A stretch of DNA of 63,949 nucleotides, filler included, from Choristocarpus tenellus KU-1152 (taxonomy: Eukaryota > Protista > Phaeophyceae), in NCBI GenBank assembly GCA_964200185.2. It is 12 parts of 12 records of this genome, joined end to end, with 100 filler letters (N's around TTAATTAATTAA, not from the genome) between each part and the next. Parts side by side here need not be neighbours in the genome. Positions count along the whole stretch, not along the records: positions 1 to 4,048 come from CAXNAD020016489.1; positions 4,149 to 7,776 come from CAXNAD020018863.1; positions 7,877 to 18,967 come from CAXNAD020002512.1; 9 more parts are not named here. One strand, 5' to 3'. Below are positions 1-11,938 of the stretch, piece after piece. The notes under the pieces are model-generated. The model did no database searches, was not told where the DNA came from, and saw only the letters and a list, made by a program, of their open reading frames with translations. The translations under genes and the position numbers were made by a program. Numbering within the stretch: the first letter of the stretch is position 1; every line of letters begins with the position of its first letter.

Positions 1-2
1 CC

Positions 3-1396
3 CCCCCTCAAACCCACGAGGATACCTCTCTCTCTCTCCGGAAGGTCTCATTTGCCAAAGCCACAGCAGCCAAACAGAACATCATACATGCATTTTTGCC
101 AAAGAATGTAAGGTCAGGCACAAGTTTGAGAAGACCTTAATGCTTCAATAGACTAAAAACTACTGCCCTTTAGGATACTTGTCGAATCACAACTTGTAGG
201 CACCTTGACACAAAGTGCCTCACATTTTAGTTTGCAGAGCACAGGAGTCATATCCATGCGTCAAGTCCATGACCATGGCAATGCATTTACTAAGTCTTGA
301 TTCCGCTTGCCTACAGCTCTCAAGTAACTCAGTTGGTTGCGCTCCTTGCCATTAGGAGCAACAAAACTAGGCCTACTCCTAACTTTACTACTGAGGCACA
401 TTGCCTGAGATAGTGCGACCTACGGCATTTACCCTTTACTACTGTAATGAATTGTTCTGAATCTCCCCTTCCCTCACTTCTTCACTCCATGGTGCTCTGA
501 TTACTAACAAGACAGGTCATTGACGTGGCCCTTGCCATGAGTGTAGGGGGGATTCTTCTTGCCATGGACATGGCTTTCCAACGATCTATGAAGATCTTCG
601 TCACCACCATCTCCCTTCTTCTTGTCATCATACTCCTAGCCTGCCACAACCACAAAAGGAAGGTATGATGTACCTTTTACTGACTCTGTTTCAGTGCCAC
701 AATGTTACCCAAGGTAACTATTAGAGCTCTACAGGAGTAACTATTGACACAATCGATCCAGCATTGAATGTGATCCTCACAGCCTCATCCCTAACCCCTA
801 CATAGGTCCAGAAAGAAAAAGATATCCGTGAAGCAAGGGCATGCAGGAGCGAGGACAATCAACGCTACAGGGGGATGGGATCTCCTTGCTCTGTAGATCC
901 CTTTGGGGAAGAAGATGACAACACTCCACCTCCACAACCACAGACAATATCTCCAAGAACCTCCTTCTTAACCAAAGTGCGCATGATGGCTTCTAGATTT
1001 ACTCGTGTTCACCTTGAGAAAACAGAATCATCCAAAGGGCACTCCATAAGCCCACCCCTGGAGGTATCACTACCCTCTTCATCCTCTTCCTTCAGTGAGG
1101 ATGCGGAAATCATCCACATCCCAACATCACCGTGGGGTGTAGGGAGGGGATCTGAAGTCCAGAATTCTTGCTCGCAAGGAGATCGCCAACACCCACATAG
1201 GTCACGTCTGTTTCTGGAAGATTTTGACAGTCAGTCTTTTCAAGACCTCATGGACATCGACCTTGAGGATATATCAATGCCTGGACTGGTGAGCAAGTCC
1301 CCCGAGTACTGGCGTCGTTCATCGACTGGGAATCAAAGGGTGTATGCCGATGAAGGTGAGACCAGCATTGACCTCACTAGATCAGGACATTTCTGA
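3..1396 (+). CDS. 3' part of a spliced gene for an unknown membrane protein (exons <3-107, 516-662, 806-1396)
   Basis: Two phase-0 GT-AG introns (AAT|GTAAGG...TACTAAC...ACAG|; AAG|GTATG...CCCTAAC...ATAG|) join into one open frame: ...HAFLPKN-VIDVALAMSVGGILLAMDMAFQRSMKIFVTTISLLLVIILLACHNHKRK-VQKEKD..., running into ORF 875-1396. Two hydrophobic segments are followed by a Ser/acidic low-complexity tail. The 5' end is cut by the window edge. Confidence 0.7.
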
Positions 1397-2515
1397 AGTT
1401 ATACTCCAGCCAACCGGAAAATATTGGGGGAAATCATGACCTAAATATCATACAAGGCATCAGCTTCGGGAGAACATCTGTGTGGTGCATACTGAGTCCA
1501 GAGCTCATGCCCTACATACATTAGTTCAGCATACAATGCAGCCGCAGATCAGCAGGCATGCCTCTGTGTGAACAGGATTCAGGACGGAAATATCCCACTA
1601 TTGCAGTATTTGGTGGCTATTTGCTCTGTACGAACAATGTCCACTGTCTTGTCAAAGTCAAAGACTTTTGTATGTGGGTGTTTGTTTTCATGTCCAATTT
1701 CATCTTTCTGAGTGCGTGATATCATAGGTAGAGAGAGCACCTTCTTGTCAAGGGTGTAGTGAGAAGTCTAAGTACAGCCCCCATCCACAACTACTTCCAT
1801 ACCGTGGAAGGAGCCATTGTGGACCAGGGAGGGCTATTAATAGTCGGTAGGTATTTTCATCAATAGTTACTAGTTAGTTTAAGCAATCAGACCTGATAAA
1901 TATCCTCTAGGTGTAACTGAAATGGGGAGTTAATGGCGGGATGATTCATCTTATGGTACATGTAATGTGCAAGTTTTGTATGTTGAGATTGCGTATTCCA
2001 AGTGTCTACAGACCTGGACATGCCAATTATGGCAAGAGGTGCTGATATTCACAGAGGTTGAGGATCCCCCTAGCGTGCTAACTGTAAGGTGAAACAAGCT
2101 GGGATTTTGGCACAACAATGAGAATAAGAAGACAAAAAGGAATTGGCATTATTGACTGTACAAGCTTGTTTAAAAAGGAAAGGAAACACATTAGAGGTCA
2201 AAGCCACATTGCCACCAAAGAAGGGGCACGACACCTTTTGGCCACTGGAAGTGAAACAAAGCACATTTTAGTCCTGGACAGACAATACATGCAAAACAGT
2301 ACCCGTATTGTATTGCCCACCACCGCCCCTGTAGTCTCTCAGCTGGATAAATACCTGGCACAAAGGCCAGGACTACATTGAAGCCAGATTACAGAACAAG
2401 AATACATTGAGGGGATGTCGATCCCATTTATTACATCCGACAGAACCTGAAGACATTCACGACCTTAACCCAAGCTTCTAGAGCTCAACACCTCCGAACC
2501 TGTAGCCTTTTCATG

Positions 2516-3960
2516 TCATCTCTCAAAATTGATGCTGTAAGATCCGGAACCTGGATCCTGCTTGACCTTGAAATTGTCAACACTGAGGCCGAAGTGCCCA
2601 AGCACAGAGTTACCCAGATCCTTCAGTTTTCCTGCAAACGGTGCATAGATAGATGTCAATTGAAAAAGCTTAGTGAGGATAGCCCTGAGAAGCAACAGCA
2701 GGGGCTCCTTTCAATTGGATAATGTTCTAATGAGATACCTTCTGCGTGCCCACTACAAGGAGTTGAATGGAGTCCAATAAACTCCTTCGCATCAGTGATA
2801 CGCACACAACTCCAATTTTCACACACGTATTCAACAAAAATGCAAGCACTTCATGGGTTGCAAGACTCAACATCAAAATTTCGTCGTTTGAATCTTCTAT
2901 TCCAAAGCAAGCCCAATTTCAAGGGGAAAAAAGAGACAACAAATAGTGCATTCCCAACCGGAGGGGTCCGTCCCAAACAGTACTACACTACAGCAGAACA
3001 AAGATTTGTCTTCAACAACCAAAAAAGTCACCCACAGGGACATTTTACTTTTTATTGCACAACCACACTGTGAACACCTAACCACTAGCATGCCGCTTGG
3101 AAGCTAAGAAGTGAAATTCAATGCCTTAGTCCAGAACAGACCTTCACTTAAACAACAATCAGCACCGTTTGTGGATGGATGGATGGATGGATGGAGAAAT
3201 TCAACAGAGTGAGTGCTTGATGCACTGAGACTATGCCGTCAGAAAATCTTTTTTTTTTCCTTGTTCTAGTTTGCAAACCCTTACCTCTTAGCAATGGCCA
3301 AAATTCAGTGTTCACTTCACTTCTATTCTACTGTTGAAACGTTTCAATCAATCAAATATTTTACACTACAATGTCATGACGTGCACGGGTCGCACCTATG
3401 GCCTCATCTTTCATCTTCTCCATCTTCTCCTTTTGCAATTTCTCCAACCTGGGGGCACTCTCCTTCGCCGTCCTCAGTCCTGGGTCAATCTCCAACAGTT
3501 CCTTCACATCTGTGCAATATTATACCAGAGGGGTTGGTAAAATGTACAGGGGAACAAGGTGTACTTCTATGTTACACTCTTATCAATCAACCGTGTGTAG
3601 TTGGCCACCATCACAGTCAATGGGCATGGTCAGAGACAGTGAGCCGCCTCAGATATGTGGTGTAGAAAGAGATAGTGTGGGCACTAGAGAGAGCATACTA
3701 TCCAGCATCCCCAGATCAACTAGTAAAGGGAACTGTCCAGATTCATCCCACCTCCCTCAAGAATCGTTTCATTTCCGATTCTACGCATGCACTTGTACCC
3801 GTTTAATCCACCCAACACATTCCAAATCAAGTCACTCACCTTCCAACGCAAGATCATACTTCTCTAGACCCTCGTTGGCTTGTGCACGCCTCATCAGGGC
3901 TTTCACATACCTCGGTTTAAGCTCCAGTGCAAAGGTGCAGTCATTAATGACACCCTCAAA
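2516..3960 (-). CDS. TTC1: Tetratricopeptide repeat protein 1 (TTC1-like), last three exons (3960-3840, 3509-3396, 2631-2516)
   Basis: Hand splicing at GT-AG sites (both introns phase 1) gives FEGVINDCTFALELKPRYVKALMRRAQANEGLEKYDLALE-DVKELLEIDPGLRTAKESAPRLEKLQKEKMEKMKDEAI-GKLKDLGNSVLGHFGLSVDNFKVKQDPGSGSYSINFER*. This is TPR repeats plus the characteristic TTC1 C-terminal KLKxLGNxxLxxFGxSxDNF...SYSI motif. 5' exons are lost at the contig end. Confidence 0.92.
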
Positions 3961-4008
3961 CTGGTTTTAAATTGTAGTCCATGAAACAGACAGACAGACA
4001 GACAGGCA

Positions 4009-4048
<40 letters not shown>

Positions 4049-4148
4049 NNNNNNNNNNNNNNNNNNNNNNNNNNNNNNNNNNNNNNNNNNNNTTAATTAA
4101 TTAANNNNNNNNNNNNNNNNNNNNNNNNNNNNNNNNNNNNNNNNNNNN
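4049..4148. other. Artificial contig-joining linker (N44-TTAATTAATTAA-N44); identical linkers at 7777-7876, 18968-19067, 23906-24005, 27049-27148, 31805-31904, 38975-39074, 46475-46574, 55040-55139, 58454-58553, 61349-61448
   Basis: The same 100-bp N-flanked spacer, carrying stop codons in all six frames, occurs eleven times. Confidence 0.98.
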
Positions 4149-4159
4149 CTCTAAGATAG

Positions 4160-5420
4160 TTTCACTCATGTGTGTGTATCCCGCCTACACTGTCACACAG
4201 GCGCTGACTTGGCATCGCCACCCCAAGCGGGACCACCAAAGACGACATGATCAAGTTGATCACCGAGAAATATGCGGAGCTGTGGGCGGACAATCTCATG
4301 ACGGATGATTTGATTATCGCTAAATGCATGGTGGGAGAGTTCGCCCCCAACATCAGGAGGAACAGGACCGAGGATAATGACGACGAAGACGCCACAGGGC
4401 AAACGGACAAACACAGTCAGAGGCGAAAGGTGACAGCGACATTTTCATTCCAATAATAGTTACGCTGTACATTTGCATAAATACATGTCTCACGTACGGC
4501 GTATTCGTCAAACAACAAGCACATACTCCCTCACACAGCACCGTACATAATCGGCTACACCAGGTAACTCGCCCCGAATCTCCATGACCTACGACCACCA
4601 GCAACAACTCCCGAAACGCGACCACTTCGCCCATTCCATGCAGGTGCTGTTCCCAAGGACGGAGGGATTCTCCACACTCCTAAAAGACATTTGCAAACTT
4701 CGAGAAAAGCTTCTTCCTTCATCACAATACCACCATTTGGCAGGCGCAATAATACAAGCACTGCAAAGCCCGCCTCCCCAAAGGTCATGCCGCTATGTCC
4801 ATGGACTTCAGCGCCCACCTGCAACACAACCACCAGGACTTGACACAACAAGAATTCTTCAATCTATTCCTTACGGCACTTCTGACCATTGTCTGGTGGT
4901 TGACGGATTTCAGAGAAGAGAGAAATCTCGGGAATGGAAGGGTTTGGGCTCACAGTATGACGGTGTGCAGTGAAGACCGAAGCCAGGACAACGAGTTCGT
5001 CCAGAACGCCGTGGAGATGCTTGTGAAGGACCGCCTAATACCTCTGGCCAGTGAGTACGGTCAGACTCTAGAGGTCCTGCACATTTGGTCTGACGGCTGC
5101 GGGAGCCAGTTCAAGAACAGATGGCAGATGTGGTGGGTTTCACAGTCCCTAGCGCGGATGGGAATTTCCGTGGTACACAACTTCTTTGCCTCGTGTCACA
5201 GGAAGTCCTTGTCTGATGGAGTCGGGGCTGTGGTGAAGTCTGCCGCCAGGATACTGGAACTACACAGAGTGCGCATGCCGGGAACCTCATCTCTAGTGAG
5301 GACTATCAAGGCAACCAAAACTCAATACACCTTGAGGGATCCGACACCAGAGGAAGAGGGGCACTATCACAAAGGTCACAAGGTTCCTCCCGGGGAGACA
5401 ATCGTCACAAAGATAGGCAC
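4160..5420 (+). mobile_element. Sola2-type DDD transposase, degenerate (frameshifted, intron-containing)
   Basis: ORF 4795-5700 contains MDFS..., IWSDGCGSQFKNR and HNFFASCHRKSLSDGVGAVVK, matching the SDGxxxQ(F/Y)KN and FFxxxHGKxxxDGxGxxxK motifs of Sola2-like transposases (HGK altered to HRK). Upstream coding fragments are in other frames, with a probable intron at about 4429-4563. Confidence 0.78.
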
Positions 5421-6769
5421 ACTCCACATGACGACCCTCCCCCCCTCTCTCCACCAAACAATTCCGCCCCTATTTGCCACTGATGATGACAACCCCGACA
5501 CGCACGCCCTTCACCCACGTATATATAACAAACACCACAACAACATATATATCGTTGGAAATTATGCCACACCCACTCACTCCCTTCACGTTGACACAAT
5601 GCGCTGGTTGAAGATAGATAACATATCATCCGCAGCACTTATGAAAATACTACACAGATTGTCCATACACACCTGCAACCATCACCACCTTTTCTCATAG
5701 GTGATGCCAATCAGTAAACTTGCGCAAACATAGCATCATCTTTTCCTCTTTTCTTCACAGCGCCAACGCAGACAATATACCCTTCGCTTATAAGAGGAAG
5801 ACATAATCCACATCTACACCTTTCCCTCGCGTTGACACACCATCATAGATCACATGATAAATACACACATACATTCATTCACCAAACGCACACCGTCCAG
5901 GCCCACTTGCATCCACCGACCTTGATTTTGAATGAGTCTGCCAATGGGTAAACCAACAATAAACCCCATGTTGTTCTTCTTTTAACGTTACAATATCGGC
6001 CACATATACTCTGTACGCTACATGGATAGACACCACCATATCACGTGTACGATTTTCCTCAACCACAACAACACACTTGACGGCTGTTTGCAACTCACGA
6101 CACTCTACACCCACAGGTCCCTTACTAACACATATATTCCACCAAGGCAACAACAGATTTGGTCCACACCTTATGTCACATCCGTACCTTCCCTTCATAT
6201 GCCCACAACACAAGTCAGACACAGTACGATCGCTCATAGCATGGTCGTCAAGCGATGGCTGCAAGTCCATGCGGTCTTGCAGCCATTACACTCTATTTCT
6301 CGTTAGTCCGCCAGTTGGAAAAAAGTAACCAAATTGAACTCCAGGTCTCGGGTTTCATTGCACACTCCCATCCGTCCCTACCAAACTATTATTACTGCGA
6401 TAGAGGTATCACATATCAATACAAAGGACATATGCAATCACATAGAAACGGTCACACAGCTCAGTGCCTCGGTACTGACGCTAACTCCATCACTAACCGC
6501 CCCTCCCCTCGTACGCCGAATGACCAATACCCTTAGGATTGGACGGACAGGGATGGCAGACAGCACAGTAACACATACGCAAAACTTGAACGTGTCCCGA
6601 ACCTCAGTGGAATCAAGTCCATGCACAGGTTCTTCACTGGTCAACTCACACCCGGCGGCTCTCGTACACTGGTATACACCGAATTGTCCTGCTACTGCAC
6701 AAACTGTTCCATCGGCAACCTCGCCCAATGCAGGTGGCAATTTATCCATGTGCCCCCACTCAAGAAAAT

Positions 6770-7776
6770 AGACCTCGGATTCTCCACCGAAGCGTGAACA
6801 GGTGATATGTATCTGAGAAGTGAGCTGTCCAGGAAGAAGAAACAGCTACCTGAGGGGAACATATGCATTGTGCGGACGCAGCCATCAGAGTATAATGGTA
6901 TGGAGTTCTTGCCGTTTACTGTCTACCGCAAGGAAACGATTCAATGGAACGCCAGACACCACTCCAGCTACGGAGGGATGTTCAGTGCTGGAGATGAGAT
7001 CATCTTTGTCACTGAAGACTTCGAGGTGCTGAATGCCAGCTTCATTGATGGCGTGCCAACTGTCCACATGTCAAGGACAGACAAGGTGGGTAACGATTCT
7101 TATTGCTTCCAACTTCAAGACAATGCCCCAGACGAAGAAAGCCACGCTGACCCTATACACATGTCCAATCCCCCCTCATATACACTCTAACCAACATATA
7201 ATTCCTCTCCCCCATATAACGTCCAACCCTGCATCCAAACAACGGATATTTTTTTATTCGAAGTTGCAAGTGCCACTGACACCTCTCTCAAGCAATATTT
7301 CACATCTTACATAGGGTGAATAAACGCGTCCCATACGTTCGTTCCGCTGCCTAAGTGCATCCTCAATCATCCGTATAAAACTATCCGTTTTTCCTAACCA
7401 CAACCCAAACAAACAACACCCCCCTCATACAGCTAAACCACACCATAACGCGCAAACACATTCCAAGTGTCCTACACACTAACACAGCCCCCGCAACGAA
7501 CATGTTTGTGTGTGGCGATGCAGGACGCACAAACGGGCCCCCGGGTCGTGCCCCTTCAGGCTATCATCATCCCAGACTTCACCGACATCGACCACAACCA
7601 CCTGGACAACACATTCAGGATCCTGCCGGGCCAATGCCAGAGGTTCGCCTCGGAATCCAACCGGCAATCGCTCGGTGGGATACCTGCTCGCTTCTCTAGG
7701 CAACTCGGACTTGAGGGCATGCCCGAAGCCAGATTCGGTTGAGAAACCACCTTCATCATACGCACGAGTGGGGGGG
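6770..7776 (+). other. Possible downstream exons of the Sola2-type element or its accessory ORF
   Basis: Coding-like blocks (ORFs 6807-7190 and 7467-7742) are separated by CA-rich intron-like tracts, on the same strand and contig as the transposase core. No recognisable motif. Confidence 0.25.
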
Positions 7777-8399
7777 NNNNNNNNNNNNNNNNNNNNNNNN
7801 NNNNNNNNNNNNNNNNNNNNTTAATTAATTAANNNNNNNNNNNNNNNNNNNNNNNNNNNNNNNNNNNNNNNNNNNNCCATATAAAGGCTTGCTCTACCCA
7901 CAAGCAAAGAACATACATACAAAAAGACTCAGAAAAATATGGAGTGTGATAGTAAGACTCTCCTGCTTCAGAACTATCAACACAAACAAGTACAAGACAC
8001 AAGAATAATCTCTCAACAATTACAGACAAAATGTCTAGCAATAACATAAAAATCTATAAGCCATAGAAAACTGTTCACACTGGTTAGAGTGCGAAAAGGC
8101 AGACATGCTATTCGCCTGTAACACAACTACTACTTCCCTCATTTCCCTTCCCAGCAGGAGGGGGATGGTGGGATACATAGATATGATTGTCACCTATTGC
8201 CGAGTTATTCAGAGGAGATTTCTACTACTGTTGCTCCTGCTGCAGTACTACAACACCTATGATAATTAATTCACACCATCGATTCAGAGCACTCTATTTT
8301 ACAGCACTACTTACTTCCTGCATTTGACAGTCACATTTGTTTCACTTTGTTCACATACGCATCTTGTTCGTAACGGTAACCCAGTCGTGAACTGTGGGA

Positions 8400-9860
8400 G
8401 GTCAATAATCGGCGGAATACTCCTGAGTGCATATCAATAATTATCTTGTAGATGGGAATGATTCGCTTACTATATCAAGGATGGGCTACACTCTAGTGGA
8501 TGTCGATGCCCACAGTGTTGGTGAGCGGCTCTTCATTATTTCTTGAGCGAGACAAGGAGTTATGTGTGTATAATATTACAGAGTATCTTTTCTTCAGTGT
8601 GAGATCAAATCCAACATTCTCCAGGAAATCTGTCAAGGTTTGGGTTACATTCATTGGGGAAGTGGCAATTTCAGCAATTGTCGCATGCAATGGGAAAAAA
8701 TGGCAAGGTATAGCAACAGCATGGTAGCAGAGTAAATGATAAGGTAGTACAACATGGAGTGAACAGTTTGTTGTTTTATTTCAACGCTACAGTACCCCTC
8801 CAACAAACACTGGTTTTGTAAGCAACCACGACCATCACTGCCATACAAAATGAAGAACAAAGCTAGAAATTGTTGCCTATGAGATGCTATTAGTTAGGTT
8901 TTCATCTTGAAGAGTTCACAAAATTCGATACCAAGAAAAAAATGGCGGTTGAAGGATGGTGTGGTGGTTCTTGATCAGATGCCAATGTTGAGTCCTACAT
9001 AGACAGAGTAACGTATATATGTACCATCTGTCTTGTAAAGTTATTATCATGCTATACGACCTTCTCAAAGGAAAATTCTTATCACGAGAACTCATTGTGA
9101 AAGTGGGGACCATTTTTTTGTCTCACAAGTTGGAGGATTATAGTATTACAGACATATACACGTATTGATTTGCAAGATTGACAGAAAAAGAAACTATTCT
9201 AAATAGGATGCAACTCACGACACTTCAATTCACCCATTCAGTCCAAAGCAAACATTACACACACCACCAGTACACAACCAGGAAATATCGTGACACTCAC
9301 TCAACTCCTCCAGGTGCTGAAACCGTTGGAAATTGAATGATGAAACAATAAAAGTACTGGAACCACAAGATAAGTGAAAATCAGGTACAAGGAAAAGAGC
9401 AAACTGTACGTAAAAGGACTCAACTTCAGCAATGCATGGCTGATAGCAGAAGCAGGGCAAAGAGAGAAAAGAACGGGGGAAGTGTGCATGATGTTGGGTG
9501 TAGCGAACTAACTGCAAGTTTGCAGTCAACTTATGACTACATGCCTCCTATTCAAGACTACCTACACGAGATAGCCCATGGCCTCAACTTTTCTAACATT
9601 ATAGTGAGCTGCTCTCGCGTAGACATGTATTGTCTTCTCTTAGACAACACAAGAATCCTACAGCAGCTCATTCTATTCTGCCTCTCTCGCACACTTCCTT
9701 TGAGGCAAGCATAATTTTTGCTTGCCCAATGGAAAGTGTAGGCAGATTTTCTACCACAATCACTTCAGCTATTTTGTCAAAAATTCCAGACAAGGAAGTT
9801 ACCACTAAAGAAAATGCCGTTGTCTTAGCACCACGAAACCTCTCCCTTTGCAAAGAGGTA
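8400..9860 (+). mobile_element. Highly decayed Copia-like gag/protease/pre-integrase relic
   Basis: Fragmentary motifs only (xADSR protease-like near 9436; DMY..LL.N.RILQQ followed by a Cys..K pre-integrase-like stretch at 9620-9740). Many stops. Confidence 0.25.
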
Positions 9861-10230
9861 ATTACACAGGGGGGAAACTAGACGGGGATGGTGGGAGGAC
9901 AATTCCAAAATGGAACCAACCGCTGCCGCATATATTACATTTATACGCAAAACATAGATCAACAAGAACACGATCGAGTGCATAAAAACATCAGTGTGAA
10001 GCAGTAGATATAAACATCAGTGTGAAGCAGCAGAAAATATTGTCACGTCACTCAACTTTCACACACACACATACACCCACAATGTTCATAGCACCCCAGA
10101 TCAAATTTATCCACAAAAATAAAATTAACATCTTCTAACACCCCAGCTCTGAAACTCATCAGAACAAATGGGTACATGATCACTACTCTTGTGTACGACT
10201 CAATTAAGATCATAATAGGAAAGCAGAACT

Positions 10231-11938
10231 CTATGCACTCTGCTCCGCCACTCTCCAGGCCCTCTCGCTCCATGGATTGCGCAAGGGCAACGAGGCACTA
10301 GTGGTATCTGCCACTGGAACTCCAACTGTTGTCACTGCCGTTCTGGTAGATCCAACTACTCCGAATCCCTCCTCACCCCCCCCTCCAAAATAGAAGTTCT
10401 CAGCTTTCACCTCCTTGAGCTTTGCCCCATGCGCAAGGATGGCAGCAATATTAGTCTTGCTCGCCATATCGTCCCCTGTCATTGAAAATCCTCCTTCCGC
10501 CACGCTGGTCCCGCCAGCAGGGTCTTGACCATTCCACGGATACCCCAGCAACATATACCCATTCCCATTCTGTTCCCCTGGACTAAATCCAGCTCGAGAT
10601 CGTTGCTGTTGCCAGTCTGTTGATGCCCCAGCTCCCCTCGTCATCATGGTACCACGGTTTCCACCATTACTTGGCACGAACTGGCCAAAGGGTGGAACAG
10701 GAAGGTGCTGGAAATATGGAAACCGCCTCGATCGATTATTGAGTAGCAATGATGACGACGATGTGAACTCACTAGGCCCGGCAGGGGGACGGTAGGGCAT
10801 GGTCGCCGCCGACACACCAGGGCTAACACTAGGACCTCCTAAACTTGCCCCAAATGCAGCGGAGTCTCCTGTCACCATACAGGTGTCATTTCCAACCGCC
10901 TGGAGTTCTACCCTAGCTCCATCAATGGGTAGGGTGTTTTCTGTCATCGAGTTGCTTGGGGCATGGTGAACCTGTACGACCGTATCATGAGGTAGAGCAA
11001 ATTTTGCTCGAGTGTTAGGGTTCAAGAGATGGAGTTGACTAAAAGAGGGTGAATACAAATGTGATCTATTTTTCCCTAACAACAACCAGAGCAAAGGGGG
11101 GTTGCAACCAATAAATGGCAACCTTTTCGAGGGATTTTCGAAAACATTAGTGTCTGGTAAGTAGGGAGAAGGATTCATGACCAATACCGAGTAAATACAC
11201 TGCCACATTCCGGAAGATTTTGAAAGTGAAGTAGTGCATGTTGTGTACTCTAAAGCTACTGCGTTGAGTACGTTTGATTGGGGGGAAGATCAAATAGGAG
11301 TAAGTACTCTCTCTTACCTGCAGGAATCCAGGCATTGAAGATATCACGTTCCCACTGTCACTCCTCACATCCGTGTTTGGTAATGTTCGGATTCCCTGGG
11401 AAGAAAAATGGGCAGAGGAATCCTCCGCAGCGGCCATCGCAGCCTCAGCAAGCATTTCCACGTTCGGGTGACGACTAGTCACCCTACTACGCTCGTAGTC
11501 CTGTGCCGAAGCATATATCTCGGCCCCACCCCAGATGTCAGGGCAGCTGGATGCCAATAAGTTCTCTTCCATTGTACTGCTTTCACCCCTGGACTCAGAC
11601 CCCTGTGAACAAAGAAGAGTTCCAGTCATCTCTGCCAGTACACGCTTCCGCCTGGTGGAGTACTTTGAACCCTTAGCGGGTCCACTCTTTTTCTTGAAGC
11701 TACGTGTGCAAACTTTATTGCGCTTCGTGCACATCTCACAAGGGGTCTTCCCATCACAAGCACGTTTCATGCGCACACAATAATCACAGCTCTTCCTCAG
11801 ACGAGGGGGCTCGATCTTACTCTTTGCTGGTTCTGTCTGCGCAGTGGTTTGAGATTGAGGTTGGGGGCTAAGAGGATCCACTGAAATCGAGGTCGTGCAT
11901 GGAGATGTAGGGGAGGATGGTAGCGAATGAATCCACAT
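10231..11938 (-). CDS. Zn(II)2Cys6 binuclear-cluster transcription factor, two exons (11938-11318, 10971-10231), about 453 aa
   Basis: RLRKSCDYCVRMKRACDGKTPCEMCTKRNKVC is the CX2CX6CX5CX2CX6C cluster, followed by a basic KKKSGPAKG/RRKR segment. A phase-0 intron CAG|GTAAGA...GTACAG|GTT (11317-10972) joins ORFs 11147-12148 and 10231-11208 in frame. The start ATG at 11938 is inferred. Confidence 0.88.

Noticed and set aside
3398-3970. 190-aa plus-strand ORF (and ORF 2513-2722)
   Set aside because: Antisense shadows of the TTC1 exons.
4049-4148. Recurrent TTAATTAATTAA motif as a biological repeat or CRISPR-like element
   Set aside because: Always centred in identical N padding and stops all six frames, so it is an assembly linker.
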